DNA from: Octopus vulgaris
Taxonomy: Eukaryota
NCBI GenBank assembly: GCA_951406725.2
Contig: OX597822.1
Location: forward strand, 72,912,001 to 72,976,000
Direction: 5' to 3'
Length of the DNA: 64,000 nucleotides
Each line of letters starts with the position of its first letter. Within the stretch, counting starts at the first letter, position 1. A model generated the notes under the pieces. That model saw only the letters and a program-made list of their open reading frames with translations, was not told where the DNA came from and did not search any database. Of this stretch, positions 29,231 through 42,329 are shown one piece after another. The translations under genes were made by a program, and so were the position numbers.

Positions 29231-30304
29231 ATATATCTGCTGCATTTCACACAGCATCTGACTGGATTCGTCACTATATATTAGAAAGTGTTACGTGGCC
29301 CTGACCTAGACGTGGGTTTGCTGAGCATGACCTTCAAGCGACTATTGCCTTCAAGTGTGTAATACGTCTGCTTTATCTTCACAAGATCAAATATAATTAT
29401 TTCTTTCGACAAACGAAAAAGCATTTTCTTCATCGACTTTATATTTTCATAGTGTAAGATTTTTTAACTGCGTTAAAAAAGAAACGTTAGCACTATTTGA
29501 TACAGTAAATATATTTTCAATGCAGATCTAATTGTTTTAATCAAACGTTTATTGCGCAATTAGTCTACATTATAGGAAGTAAAAGTCTTACAAATAATGA
29601 AGAAAAAAGAAACTTCAATTCTATTATGTTATCAGAAAATTTGAATTCAATAATAAAGATGACCAGAAGCTGATAATTATTAAATGTAAAGAAATATAAG
29701 TAAATAAATCATAATATAATGCAATGTAATTAAAGAACAATTTCCCAGGAAGCTTGTGATAAACAGTAAAATTAATGTAAAATTTGTAATAGAAGCAATC
29801 AATTACAATACACGTTTTATAGGTTTTCATCTCAGAGATGACTTACCATATCATTCAACGCTAGATAGCCAGCAGTTGTAAATGTAAAAAGTCCAAAAGA
29901 AATTCACTTTACATATAATGAAAAAAACATTTAATGGTGAAAGAAGAATTATATCTACAATGTGTTATTGTATTCAAGCATAAAATCACTTATAAAATAA
30001 GAACGACGTAATATTTATCGTGATGTGGTTAGGAATAAAATAAGAGCCGAATAGAAATACGATTTATTTCCTCGATGTCATTGTTATTCATTTAATACAA
30101 GTGTCGTATCAAGCCATAAAACGAAATGCTACTGTCCTTCATTTTCTAAACAGTGTTCATATGCCTGTAAGCATGTAAACACCTGTATATGTAGAGGCTG
30201 GGCGAACACCTGATCGGGAGGTCGAGACGTTTGCTTCGCATTTATGGGTTTTCGGGAATGGCATTACTGCACAGCTTTTTCAGCAAGAACATTCTGTAAT
30301 TGCA

Positions 30305-30655
30305 AGGCGGCGAGCTGGCAGAAACGTTATTCCGCCGAGGTCCATTTTGCCTTTCATCCTTTCGGGTTCGATTAAATAAGTACCAGTTACGCACTGGGGT
30401 CGATATAATCAGCTTAATCCGTTTGTCTGTCCTTGTTTGTCCTCTTGTTTGTCCTCTTGTTTGTCCCTTGTGGGTAGTAAAGAAATAGGTATTTCGTCTG
30501 TCTTTCCGTTCTGAGTTCAAATTCCACCGAAGTCAACTTTGCCTTTCATCCTTTCGGGGTCGATAAATTAAGTACCAGTTGCGTACTGGGGTCGATCTAA
30601 TCGACTGGCCCTCCTCCCCCAAAAGTCTGGGCCTTGTGCCTAAAGTAGAAACGAA
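30305..30655 (+). mobile_element. Dimeric Nin-type tRNA SINE
   Basis: Same two-unit structure and junction as 28857-29230. Confidence 0.85.
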
Positions 30656-31545
30656 TATTCTGCAATTGCCTTTGATTGATCCACACACGTACTGAGGAAA
30701 AAAGAACAGGCTTGTCGGTTGTTGTGTGGAAGACTGTCGAACGATATACCTGTGATTTATATCAGTATGACAGTAAATTCCAGCCAAAACTAATGGAAGG
30801 AGGATAATTCTCCCGCAGCATGTTAAAATGCATCTCTGTTTCGATTCCTTGAAGGAGAATAATTGATGTTAAATCTACATAAGCAAATAAACTTTCAATA
30901 TATTCCTTATTGCAAAATCCTTTAACAACAGCTGTCTATAAAACGTGAAGTTCATAACTTGATATATACAGGCTCCACAGCCCACCGGAAATTTTAAATA
31001 ATGAGTAAACAATCAATTTATAACACGTTTGCCGTTCCTCATTTTATTTTTTACATTCATTATTACGAATCCATTTTGTTTTGCAAAATCCTTTAACAAC
31101 AAGGGTTTAAAATCGCAAGCTCTAAAATTTATATCTCAACGTACTTTAGATTTCGAAATTATGTGAAATAAATAGACTTTTTTCGACTTTGTTTTCTGTA
31201 TTATTCTTAATACTAGGCTTCCGAATATCTGTGTTACATGAGGTCTTGATTACAAACACATTCAAATAAAACCAGTTTTTGTTTCTTGACACATTTTTGT
31301 TATAAAAATAATTAACATTTCCAATTTATTCGAAATAATTCCCTGTAACTAAATAACACGAATGATTGTAATGCATTCCGTTTCGTTCCAGTAATAAATC
31401 CAATTTATTTTTTTTTCGTAGACGAGAATTAGCATCTCATTCCCAAATAAAGAATCGAACAGACAAAGATTTATTGTTTTGGAAATTCCTAAAATGACAT
31501 AATGGTAATTGTTTGTTATGTTGAAAATAGCTAAACTAAACAATT

Positions 31546-33381
31546 CTAATTGATTATTGCTGTATTTCCTGTCAATTTGAAGTCCTTTTTTGTCTCGATC
31601 ACCGAGATTTGTTTTTCTCTTAATTCGATTCGGCTCCTAATGAAACCCCCTTCCCTCTTCTCACTACAAACATAAGATGATGCTTCTGTCACGTGTTTTA
31701 CACATCTTTCCACAGCTTGGATGTGGCACGTTAATTTTTCCATTTGCATCAAATACTGCTAGTGAATGAAGGCATCGATTTCTTCATTGGAAAATGTTTC
31801 TGTTAGAGGTAGTTCAGTAATAATAGGGTCCTGTCAGATAATTAAGTTCATGTAGTTTTGGGGCAGCAAAGTTTGAAAGGTCGCATAGATTTCTCTTTAT
31901 ACTGTGTTCGCGCCTGCTTTATGCGTCTCCATGTTAGTTTTCGAATGTGGCTCCGTTCATCGTTTATCATGGCTAGTAAAATATTTTCTGGGTGCGCGAA
32001 GAGAGCATTCCGTTGTATAACCGGAAATACAATGCCTTGTACTGCTTGATGAATTTCTCTCGAAAACACAATCGTCTTGAACACATTTAGAGCCCCATTT
32101 TCCGAGGAAGAGTTGCGTTAAATTGTGATCCACATCGACACATAAACTTTCATTATATAAGCAACAATTAATTGCATCGTATTAGGATTTTCGGCCGCAT
32201 CATACAACCGTAGCATGCGATTTTCAGTTGTAAGCCATCGAGAATGTGTCATTTTACCGGGATTCCTTAATCCCATTTCAGATGAACATTTTCCTTCAGA
32301 AGTAGATTGGTTGATATCAAGATATTTTTGATCAGTGCTGAGTCCGTTGGAATCTGATTAAATTTCACCACACAATGTTTCACATCGCTCCAGTCTGTTA
32401 TCAATGAGCCCAAGAAATCCACAAGGCCCGGTAGTTTTTCCGTCGAGATCGTTAATAAAATGGCGTTCGGGAAGTTTATTTGCGCGGAGCTGACACACTT
32501 CCCAATGCAATGGCTTCTTCATTTTTATCCTCAAAATGTCTAATGGTGCCTCATTTTGGTCCTGTATTGACTGCAGTACCATCGCAACCTACAGCTGTCA
32601 TGAGATTGTGTACTATCTCATTGGTTTCCAAATAATTCAACAAACCATCGAAAAGGGCTTTTGTAGAACCCGTCCTAACAGCAAAGTGCTCAAGACAGCG
32701 GGACTTAGGTTCTTCTAGCAATGAAATGTGTTCTGCTTGAATTGTTTTCTTACGAAATGTTTCCCCCATTTGTTCACTTATGAGGGTTGTGTGTTCCTCC
32801 TTCCATCAAAATACACGGCTACCTTCCTGCTGCAAAACTCGATCTCTGAGACCACATGGAGAACCGAATATATCGGGCATTCAGTATCATGACGGGTTAT
32901 TGACTTATGAGTCATCACTAGATGTAAACAACACTAAATTTAACACAATCATTAATTTCAATACAATGGCTTAAAGTCAAGGTACAAAGCAGAAAACTTC
33001 ACTCATGTACGAAGTAAGCCCATGCACAACGACTGTTGCAGCAACACTCGAGAGAATTTCACACTCCTGTTCTTTTTATAGTCAATGCGGAACCTCAAGA
33101 TATTAGTTAATTCTTTTGATACTTGGTATACAACCTCTTAAGGATACTATATTTACTATATTTTCTGCTAAATAGGAGTATGTATTCGTTACGGCTGATA
33201 ATCCATGAAATCCAAAATTCGACCAAAAATAGCGATTTTTAAAGTTTTCAATTGCGTTGCGGAGCTTCAAAAAATATTTAACCGTGAAGTTCTTTATACA
33301 CCTTTCTTTTAACCCTAATTCGCCACAAAATATCGATTCTTCATTACCAAATTCGTAAGTTGCAGTTGTCGCTCCACCCTA
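31546..33381 (-). mobile_element. Decayed hAT-superfamily (hATm-like) DNA transposon
   Basis: Minus-strand pieces: AVGCDGTAVNTG, WEVCQLRANKLPERHF..LDGKTTGP, NPGKMTHSRWLTTENR, QRNALFAHPENILLAM, CHIQAVERCVKHVTEAS. Candidate terminus TAGGGTGG reading inward from 33381; other end not located. Confidence 0.75.
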
Positions 33382-34426
33382 CTCTATTTCCGTTTTCTGC
33401 CATATCTTCTCTGTAATGCTTACCGGTGACAGGTATCCTGTCCGCTACTTTGACTATTAATTTACAGAAAGGGTTTCTCTAAGTAGTGATCGCTTGGTTT
33501 CTTTTTTCTTGCCCCTTTCTGGTTTTTATGTTCTTTACCCTGTATGCTTATATTGATGATAGTTGACATTCTTACTGATTGCAGATTACAAAACAGATGT
33601 AACTTATAGCATCAAGGATTTAGATATTAAATAGTAAGATATTAATTATATTTTACAAGTGGTACCACTCTTCTTACATCTTTAGAAGAAAATTAATGAT
33701 TCAGTATATTATGTACCTTCTAATGAGTTATTAGAAATGCTTAATGAGATGGAGTCGTCAATATTTCACCTATGGTGAAACTCACTTCGGAGAAGTAGAT
33801 TCTTGACATTCAACCAAGGAAAATAAATCTACAAAGAACCGTATAGTAACCAGCATTAAGTATTTATCTTACCTCAGATTTCTATTCAGCCTAACTTATG
33901 TTTCAACCTAATTTAAATCTTAGTCATTCAGACACTGGTGCTTTAGTAGTCTCCAGGAATATGCAGAAGTGACGTTCTTTCTGCGCTTAAGTACATCATA
34001 GACAAATGAAATTGCTGCTGCGAGTCAATCATTTTCACAACAAGCACACATTACTGAGGCTTTTTTAAGAGCAATGTATATTATGGGATAAACTGACACG
34101 TGACTAAATATCGACACACCCACATAATTAAGCAACGGAGCGACAAATGCATGACGGTAGTGAGTGACAGTATGACATGTCTAGCTATATCCGTTTCAAT
34201 CTAAGTCAGTGCGTATGAGCACTTACATTGTTACATGTGAATTAAGGATGACAGAGAAATTGTCTTTGGTTGAATGTGTAAATGTTTTCAAATTATAATA
34301 AACTGAATAAAACATTGCGTCGAGTGAATTTTGTGAATATCAGCTATATTTGAATCATAACCATTACACACACATGTACACACACACAACCACATATATA
34401 TACACATCTGTGTGTGCGTGTATTTA

Positions 34427-34468
<42 letters not shown>

Positions 34469-34533
34469 TATTTCACATGCACTCACTCATATACACACAG
34501 GCAGTCCCCCGTGTCTCTCTCTTTCTCTCTCTT

Positions 34534-34559
<26 letters not shown>

Positions 34560-34564
<5 letters not shown>

Positions 34565-35003
34565 TTAATAAGGGTGAGAGAATTAGATACTAATTTAATA
34601 GTATATTTATTCCACACCAAGTGGCCTAGTGCTACGAGAAACCTGGATTATTATAATATTTTATAACATATTACAATATTTTCACAAAATAAATATAAGA
34701 GAGTGGTCACTATATTGATCACCCTAGCACCAGTTAATCCAAAAGGTTTCAACCACGAAAAATACATGTTTCCCATGAAAGCCAGTACGACTGTTAGCTC
34801 ACACGGACAGGGCAAATAAAAAATAAAAAATAAAAAATTGTCCCAAAATAATCTGTATTTTTGTTATTTTTTATTTGCCCTGTCCGTGTGAGCTAACAGT
34901 CGTACTGGCTTTCATGGGAAACATGTATTTTTCGTGGTTGAAACCTTTTGGATTAACTGGTGCTAGGGTGATCAATATAGTGACCACTCTCTTATATTTA
35001 TTT
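34560..35003 (-). mobile_element. Fold-back unit between (TA)n tracts with perfect 140-bp arms plus ~125-nt tail
   Basis: 34687-34826 is the exact reverse complement of 34864-35003 by eye; 37-bp spacer; (TA)n at ~34535-34558 and ~35012-35049. Confidence 0.9.
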
Positions 35004-35006
35004 ATT

Positions 35007-35053
<47 letters not shown>

Positions 35054-35734
35054 TGCATGTGTGTGTGTGTGTGTTTTGTGCTTGTATATGTGTTTCTGCA
35101 AGTGTTGCATTTCGGTATCTTGTTACGTATAGAAAACGAGAGAAACACGTACCCATGTACGCACACATACACACACAAACAGGCAAACACACACACACAT
35201 ACACCCACACACGAGGAAATTATGCTTGTAATCATAGCTATATTTTTATAAATACGTAGATACAGAAACGCGCACACAACCAAACTTAAGTAAGCATCGA
35301 ATTAATATATTAAAATACGCAGACACGTAAATGACCATATACTTAAGCATATCGTCTTGTATGGCATGCGTATACCTATAGTACCACTGTAGTTTTCATT
35401 TCATCCACGCACGATTCTTATTAAAACGTAACTTCCCAATACATATTTTCCCACAATTCCTCTTCTTCCATAAAGATATTTCGTACCTTGGTAAGTCAGT
35501 ATTGCTTGTTTTCTCACACCGCAACCGTTTTTAACTTGGTTATTTTTTTTCTAATATTTTTGTTGTACTTTTATTATCTCTGTCGTTCTACAGATGTTTT
35601 TTTTTTATTAATTTTCTATAGTCCCTCTAATATAATCGAAACACAGAAAGATAAAAGGGATGAGAAATCGATTATTAATATTTTATTGCAGCTACCATCA
35701 CAATTAGGATTCAGCTTTAGATCAATAAAGTAAG

Positions 35735-35795
<61 letters not shown>

Positions 35796-36639
35796 CGTAT
35801 ACTTTATATTTGTGTGTGTGTTTATGTATGGGAGTATGTTATATATATATATAAGTATATATACATACACACACACATATATATATAGTATTCGTTTTCT
35901 TCATAAATATGAATACGTCAGCTTGCAGTGGTAATATGTATTTTAAGGAAGACTACAATCAATCCAGTGGCAAATATGACGAAAATGAATAAGAAAAATA
36001 ATGGCTTGAACGTTGTCATCAACATTGCAACGACAAAATCAATGAGTAAAGATATACGACCGCGGTACGCAATATTACGCGATATGTAGAATGTCTATAA
36101 ATTATCGAGATAATTGTAACTATATCGCAAAATATATATTGTTTCGTTCATACTTAATAAGTGATTAATAGCCAAACACCTGATATTAATAAATATGTTG
36201 TTAATAACACTTCAGGTTTTTGCGATCATTTGTAGCTTATTGTTTTGTTTTTTTTTTGTCATCAGTGTTGGTTTCTGTGTGTATTTTGTATATGTGTGTT
36301 TGTGTAAATACTATAAATTTGTGAATAGATTTTCTACTTAATTATTAATATTGTACTGAGGAAGGAAAAAAAACAGGGAAAATTAATTTCGGCCCACTAA
36401 AACCATCATACCGCTACTTCGTTCCTTTTCTTCACCATATTAGTGAACAACATCTGTAGCTAACAAAATTCATATATGGTCGCTTTACGTATCTCCTCCA
36501 CCACCTCAATTGACAACACACATATGCATATCATTATAACCGTGTCACACTATTACAGCAACCACCTCATCCCTACGGTTATACTCACACAAACTATAAA
36601 ACACTGTCTAAACTCCCACTATACCACTAACGTGAAGTT

Positions 36640-36860
36640 GCATGGCATCGTGGTTTAAGTTGAGCTCACGATCTTGCAGTTGTGATTTCGATTGCCGGAG
36701 CGGCGGATGAGTTATGTTCTTGAGCAAAACACTTCATTTTACGTGGCTCCAGTTCACTCCGCTCTAAATGAGCAACTTTGCATCGTGGTGTTTCCTGTTC
36801 AGGGGAATGTGATCTCGTTCGCTTATACGCCGCAGAACCGGGTCACTGAACCAATGAACC
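36640..36860 (+). mobile_element. Degenerate Meta-like SINE
   Basis: ttcgattgccgg, gttcttgagcaaaacacttcattttacgtggctccagttcactc as in 52349-52600. Confidence 0.65.
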
Positions 36861-37152
36861 TACGATTTGATGGTCCTAATTTTCAGGGATATTTTGCGTT
36901 TTTTGTCTTTTTTTTTTGGCCTATCACTAATACAAAATCTATCCGCTACGAGAACCACCATACAAACATCATGCCTCTCAGTAAATACGTCACAGTTTTA
37001 TTTTGCGAACAACAATTGTGTGATACCAGCTTCGCTCAATCTCTTATGAACGACACATTCACAGTCTCTCATTACTCGATATTTCACAAGTCTCAATGAT
37101 CGAATTGGTTGTCGTTTAGCTGAAGATCCCATAGGAATGTTATCCCAATACA

Positions 37153-37560
37153 GAAGGGAAGTGAGCTACCAGAATCATTAGCACCACAGGTAAAGTACTC
37201 TGCGGCATTTTGTCTATCTTTACGTTCAAAGTTCAAATTCCGCCGAGGCCATATTTGCCTGAAGAATAGGATGGATGTAATCGACTTATCCCCTTCTCTG
37301 AAATTGGAGATCTTGTGCCAAAAGCTGGAATTAATATTATCAGAATTCTCGAAGGCAGCGAGCTGGTGCAATGTTTAGCACGTCAGACAGTATTTTAGCA
37401 AAAACTTTTCTGACATTTACGCTCTTAGGTCAAATCTAGCTGATGTCAACATTGCGTTTCATCCTTTCGAGTTTGATAAAAAAAAAAAAAAAGATACCGG
37501 TAGAGCACCAGGTAAGATGTAATCCACTCTCTCCCTCTCCGATAAATTTGAAAGAAATAT
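37153..37560 (+). mobile_element. Two tandem degenerate Nin-type SINEs
   Basis: gagctaccagaatcattagc and ggcagcgagctgg heads; gttcaaattccgccgagg; gcgtttcatcctttcg. Confidence 0.65.
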
Positions 37561-38840
37561 TGACATAACACTCCCAATGAGTAACCTTACTTTTCGACGC
37601 CACCGGAAGCAAACAGAGAACCTACTGGTATGTATTGATCAAAAGTCCATCTAGATACATTGAACGACTGCTGTTTCCCGCAGTAGAAATATTTCCATTT
37701 GCTATGCGATGTAGATAGAAGATATTATTGATCGTTATTGGTTATTCGCTTTTATTTCAGTTTGTGTTCTTTTTTTCTACGACTTGAAATTATACTTAAA
37801 TATATAGCCGTAAAACTGTCTTTTTTTAAATTTGGTCTTATTATATGAATTATGATTAATTATTCAACACAGTGATTACATATATACATAAATTTCACAG
37901 TCTGTGTCAGTTCAAATATTATAGTTGTATATAAAACGTCATATTCTAGAAATTAGCTGTAAAATAGACGAGAATGTAGTTACTCTAGCAAATAACGGAA
38001 AAAAATTGATGGCTAATCTTTAATTACTTTTCTACCTTGATCATCTAGCATTATCTAGTTTCTATGTACAGAAGCAGACGGATTCTGAGGCTGAAGCTAT
38101 TTCTCAGTATTTCTGTTCTTTCACCTAACTCGTAGTTGGTTTGTTCTTTTGTTTAAACGGTATGTTTATACTGGCTGATCTTAACCAAAAACGTTTATAA
38201 ACACAAAAGCAACAAAGACATAAAATTAAAAAAGAAAACATCATAGGCAATTACTAGAATGTCGTAAATATAAAGATAGTCAACAAAAGCAAAATACATA
38301 TCTTGGTAATGTTTTAAGTGTCAAATAAAATAAGATGAAAAACAAAGCTTTAGAAAACCAACCAAATAAACAGAAAATGACGTCCTAGTACTAATAACAT
38401 AAGAACGAAAAGAGATCAACCGGTAGATACGAGAAAAACAAACAAATGTATGAGCAACAACGAGATTCGTATGAGAAAACAAAAACACATGAATAGAAAA
38501 TGTCATCAAACGATGGTTTTGACTAGGAACTCGAGTGAGAGAAAGGAATCAGGGTAAAAATATAATCAACATTCATAGAGTACAATTTTCTTTCGTTTGT
38601 CGAAAAGCAGTATTTTCTTTTACACAAAGATGCACGCACACGCTTGCACACACACGCGTACACACATATAGGTATTTATGTATGAATATACACACAAGCA
38701 CACACACACACACACACACACACACATTGTATGTTCTCCATCATGTTCATAAATCAATCATGTTGCCGGAAATACATGCAAATCATTGGCGATTTTTTTC
38801 CTTCCGTTTTCCTTTTCTATTGGACTTTCCTCTGTCTCCT

Positions 38841-38875
38841 GTTTCTGAAGAAGAGCTTCGCTCGAAATGTAAAAC
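38841..38875 (+). ncRNA. Minimal hammerhead ribozyme motif (one stem III substitution)
   Basis: GTTT-CTGAAGA-A-GAGC(ttc)GCTC-GAAA-TG-TA-AAAC; ATGT fits a CpG-decayed ACGT palindrome; (TA)n ~90 nt downstream. Confidence 0.75.
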
Positions 38876-39118
38876 CACCTTTCATTCCTTCCTTGAGCGT
38901 TTACTAATACTTTACATGTACCACGTCCTCGCGTTGTTTTTTTCTTTGTTCTTCGTTTTACAAAATATATATATATGCAATGTGTCCGTACAGTCATGGC
39001 CAGATTTCAAAACTATCTTAACGTATATTTGAAGGGCGTAGTTTTGCAAGTTATATCAATAACTAGTTCTGAAATTCCACCATGACATTATAGAAACAGT
39101 ATATAAAATTAGTACGTA

Positions 39119-39280
39119 TGGCACAGAATGGCTGTGTGGTAAGTAACTTGCTTGCCAACCACATGGTTCCGGGTTCAGTCCTACTTGTGGCACCTTGGGC
39201 AAGCCTTCTAAAATAGTCTCTGACCGACCAAAGCCTTTTAGGTGGATTTGGTAGACGGGATCTGAAATACGCCCGTCGTG

Positions 39281-39348
<68 letters not shown>

Positions 39349-39513
39349 CGCTCGTGTATGTGTGTTTGTGCTTGTGTGTTTTTTCACCCGACTTCGCTTG
39401 ACTACCGATGCTGGTGTATTTACGTCCCCGTAACATAGTGGTTCGGCAAAAGAGACTGATAGAATAAGTAATAGGCATACAAAGAATAAGTCCTGGGGTC
39501 AGTTTGTTCGACT
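39119..39513 (+). mobile_element. CORE-type SINE with internal (TA)(TG)n
   Basis: tggctgtgtggtaagtaacttgc...gggttcagtcc...accttgggcaag; microsatellite 39281-39342; tail truncated. Confidence 0.85.
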
Positions 39514-39754
39514 AGCAGATGTGTCCAGTAGAGAAGAGTGGCAGAAATAACCCGAAACCAGAACTCGTTTGCTGGTCCCGTCACTAGCAGGTGGTAGGGA
39601 TTCGCTTCCCAGCTCGCAATGTATCAGATACAACACTATATCGTAAACAAGCTACAGGAGGTGTCCTCTTGGGGTTTAAAAATCGCAGTAGAGTCCGTTC
39701 AAACGGACAGCCATGTTGAAGGAGCTACGAATGTTACTACATAGTACAACTGCG

Positions 39755-39880
39755 TTGTTTCCGTCTACTAAATCCACTCACAAGGCTTTGGTCGGCACGA
39801 GGCTATAGTAGAAGACGCTAGCCCAAGGTGCCACGCAGTGGGAATGAAACCGGAACCATATGGTTGATAAGCAAGCTATG
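39755..39880 (-). mobile_element. CORE-type SINE 5' fragment
   Basis: gtttccgtctactaaatccactcacaaggctttggtcggc...gccacgcagtggga. Confidence 0.75.
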
Positions 39881-40329
39881 GAAACGAAAGGGTTTACAGG
39901 ACTGCAAAAAAGAAGTGCTCAAATGTAAATGAGACAACGATAAAAAATATTGATCTTAGAAAAAACATCAAATTCGAATCAACGACTTCCTCAAAAATTT
40001 TATCTTATATAAATATTACCATGGTTCTTAAACATATAAAAATATACACATATATAAAAGCACAGAAGGTAGAAATATATATGCGAATAAAATACAAATA
40101 TAAAGAACGGCCTATCAAAAGGGTAAATATAAACGTCTTAAAATTCATTAAAATTCTAACGCCTGTTATGCAACTAAAAAACTAAATAAAGTAAGATAAA
40201 ATAATATCAACCGACTAGAAATATTTTGTAAATGTTTTTGTTTTTTTATATTCCTCTCACACAAGAGTACGTTCAAAAAGCTCAATTCTTAATGGCAATT
40301 ACTCTCTAGTCCTATTTCCTTAAAATGTG

Positions 40330-40880
40330 AAAGGTGAAGAAATTTACCAAGGCTGGGCCAAAGATGAAGGTGCCTGACTTTAAAGTTTGGAGTCTGGTCT
40401 TTCAAATCACCTCTTTCGCATTGGCTACTACAAAGAGATAACAAATCTAACCCTCCTCCGATATGAAATCAGGCGGGTCAATTTTTACTATTGACTTAGT
40501 CGATAGCTGTACTCTTCTTGTACTTGACAACAGATGTTCAGCATAAACCCACATGTCTGACACCTCCGAACACTGAACAATAGCATGCAGGACGGTTTCC
40601 CTACCCTGCCCACAGCTTCTCCAGGTCGATGGGCTGTGGTCACCACGCCTTGTGAGCTTGTCCCGAACAGGTAAGTCTTCTCTGTAACACTGCCGAGCTA
40701 GTGACTTCTGAAAGTTATCCAGGATCTTCAGCCCGAATGTATGTTGGAACATGGCCAGCTGGTTTTCGTCGGGACCTAGGGTCTCCTATAAGGTATCGTC
40801 ACATTGGCACTCTACCAACCCTCTATAGAAAGATGCGGTTGAACCATTTCCACAAGCATTGCCTGAACGGCGGAATAGCA
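40330..40880 (-). pseudogene. Older Tx1/L1-type ORF2 C-terminal fragment
   Basis: DNFQKSLARQCYREDLPVRDKL...RSCGQGRETVLHAIVQC, homologous to 57637-58341. Confidence 0.85.
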
Positions 40881-41010
40881 GGAGATTCGACATAGCATAG
40901 AAAATGACTGAAAAGGTCATACAACGCAGCATGGATAATTTAGACTAGAAATTTAAACACGCCGGTTTCAAACCCCGCAAAACTAAATATTATTTACTAT
41001 ATATATATAT

Positions 41011-41250
41011 ATCGAAATGTTAGCGCTAAGCAGTGTTTAGGCATGAACAATATCTAGCTAGGTTAGTTGAAGTGTGCTTAGCGGTATTTCGTCAGTCTTT
41101 AAGTTCTGAGTTCAAATTCCGCCGAGGTCGACTTTGCCTTTCAACTTTTTGGGGCTCGATAAATTTATTATCAGTTCCGTACTAGGGTCGATCAAATCGA
41201 CTACCCCTCCACACCCTCAAAATATCAGGCCTAGTGCCTATAGTAGAAAG
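41011..41250 (+). mobile_element. Nin-type SINE with atypical head; first ~119 bp repeated at 41510-41628
   Basis: Direct repeat with 499-bp period, including taagcagtgtttaggcatgaaca.tatctagctaggttagttgaagt. Confidence 0.75.
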
Positions 41251-41652
41251 GACTATATGAAGATTTATGCGTATATCCTTTTTTTAATACTTAACACTAA
41301 TGTTATAAATATACTTTTATTTCATCTGCTGTCATTTTAAATGAAAAACTGTTAAAATTAAAAACTCTGTATGGAGTACTGCACATTTCTCTTATAATAT
41401 GTGCTAAGAAAATTCCTGCTGTTATAAATTGATTTCCTATCACGAGAAACTGATGTTTTCTCCGCACATACGATAATATGCGTATGTTTAGGCGGGAGAA
41501 CTCTATCACATCGAAGTGTTAGTGCTAAGCAGTGTTTAGGCATGAACATTATCTAGCTAGGTTAGTTGAAGTATGCTTGGCGGAATTTCGTCTGTCTTTA
41601 CGTTCTGAGTTCAAATTCCGCCGAGGTCACATCTACAAATACAGTCTTCATA

Positions 41653-41695
<43 letters not shown>

Positions 41696-41781
41696 TTATA
41701 CGCACGTATTTATTAAATTAGTACCATGAATTTTTTTATATTTTACGATTTCTGAAAGTTATGCGTCTGTAACGGCGCTAG

Positions 41782-41819
<38 letters not shown>

Positions 41820-41851
41820 TGTGTGTGTGTGTGTTTGTGTGTGTGTGTAAT

Positions 41852-42175
41852 ACTGGCCCTCCGTAGGTTACAACGGTCACGTTTTCAGATGATCCTATCA
41901 CCAGGACAACCTGCTCGTAGAATGAACGTGCAAGTGGCTGAGCACCCTGCAAAGAGACGGGGTGGGGTAGGCTTAACGTAATTCTTTTGGAGATTCAGCG
42001 TGATACATAGTGCGACAACTCTGGCCCTTTGAAATACAGGTACAACTCATTTTTACCAATTGACTGGACTGGATCAAGAAGAAATAAAGTGTTTTACTCA
42101 AAAACACAACACGCCGCCGGGAATCAAAATCACGACGGTGAAGCGAATGCCATAACCACTAGGTCATGCGTCTTC
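41852..42175 (-). mobile_element. tRNA-derived Meta-like SINE with a different 3' tail
   Basis: Reverse complement: gacgcatgacctagtggtta...gattcccggcggcgtgttgtgtttttgagtaaaacacttt...ccagtccagtc. Confidence 0.7.
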
Positions 42176-42285
42176 GCTAGATACGCATACATAAACACAA
42201 TTCTATATTTAAGAGTGAGGAATTATGTACATTATTTACATTATTTACATTTGATGGATATTTGTCCTCATCTTGTTTGTTGTTA

Positions 42286-42329
42286 AAACAACATTTCGGC
42301 TGATATACCCTCCAGCCTTCATCAGGTGT
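42286..42329 (-). ncRNA. Minimal hammerhead ribozyme motif (slightly decayed)
   Basis: Minus strand: ACAC-CTGATGA-A-GGCTG(gagggtatat)CAGCC-GAAA-TG-TT-GTTT; perfect 5-bp stem II; one mismatch each in stems I and III. Confidence 0.75.

Noticed and set aside
30200-30240. Hammerhead-like CTGATCG..GAGACGTT with flanking pairing
   Set aside because: Several core mismatches and no stem II.
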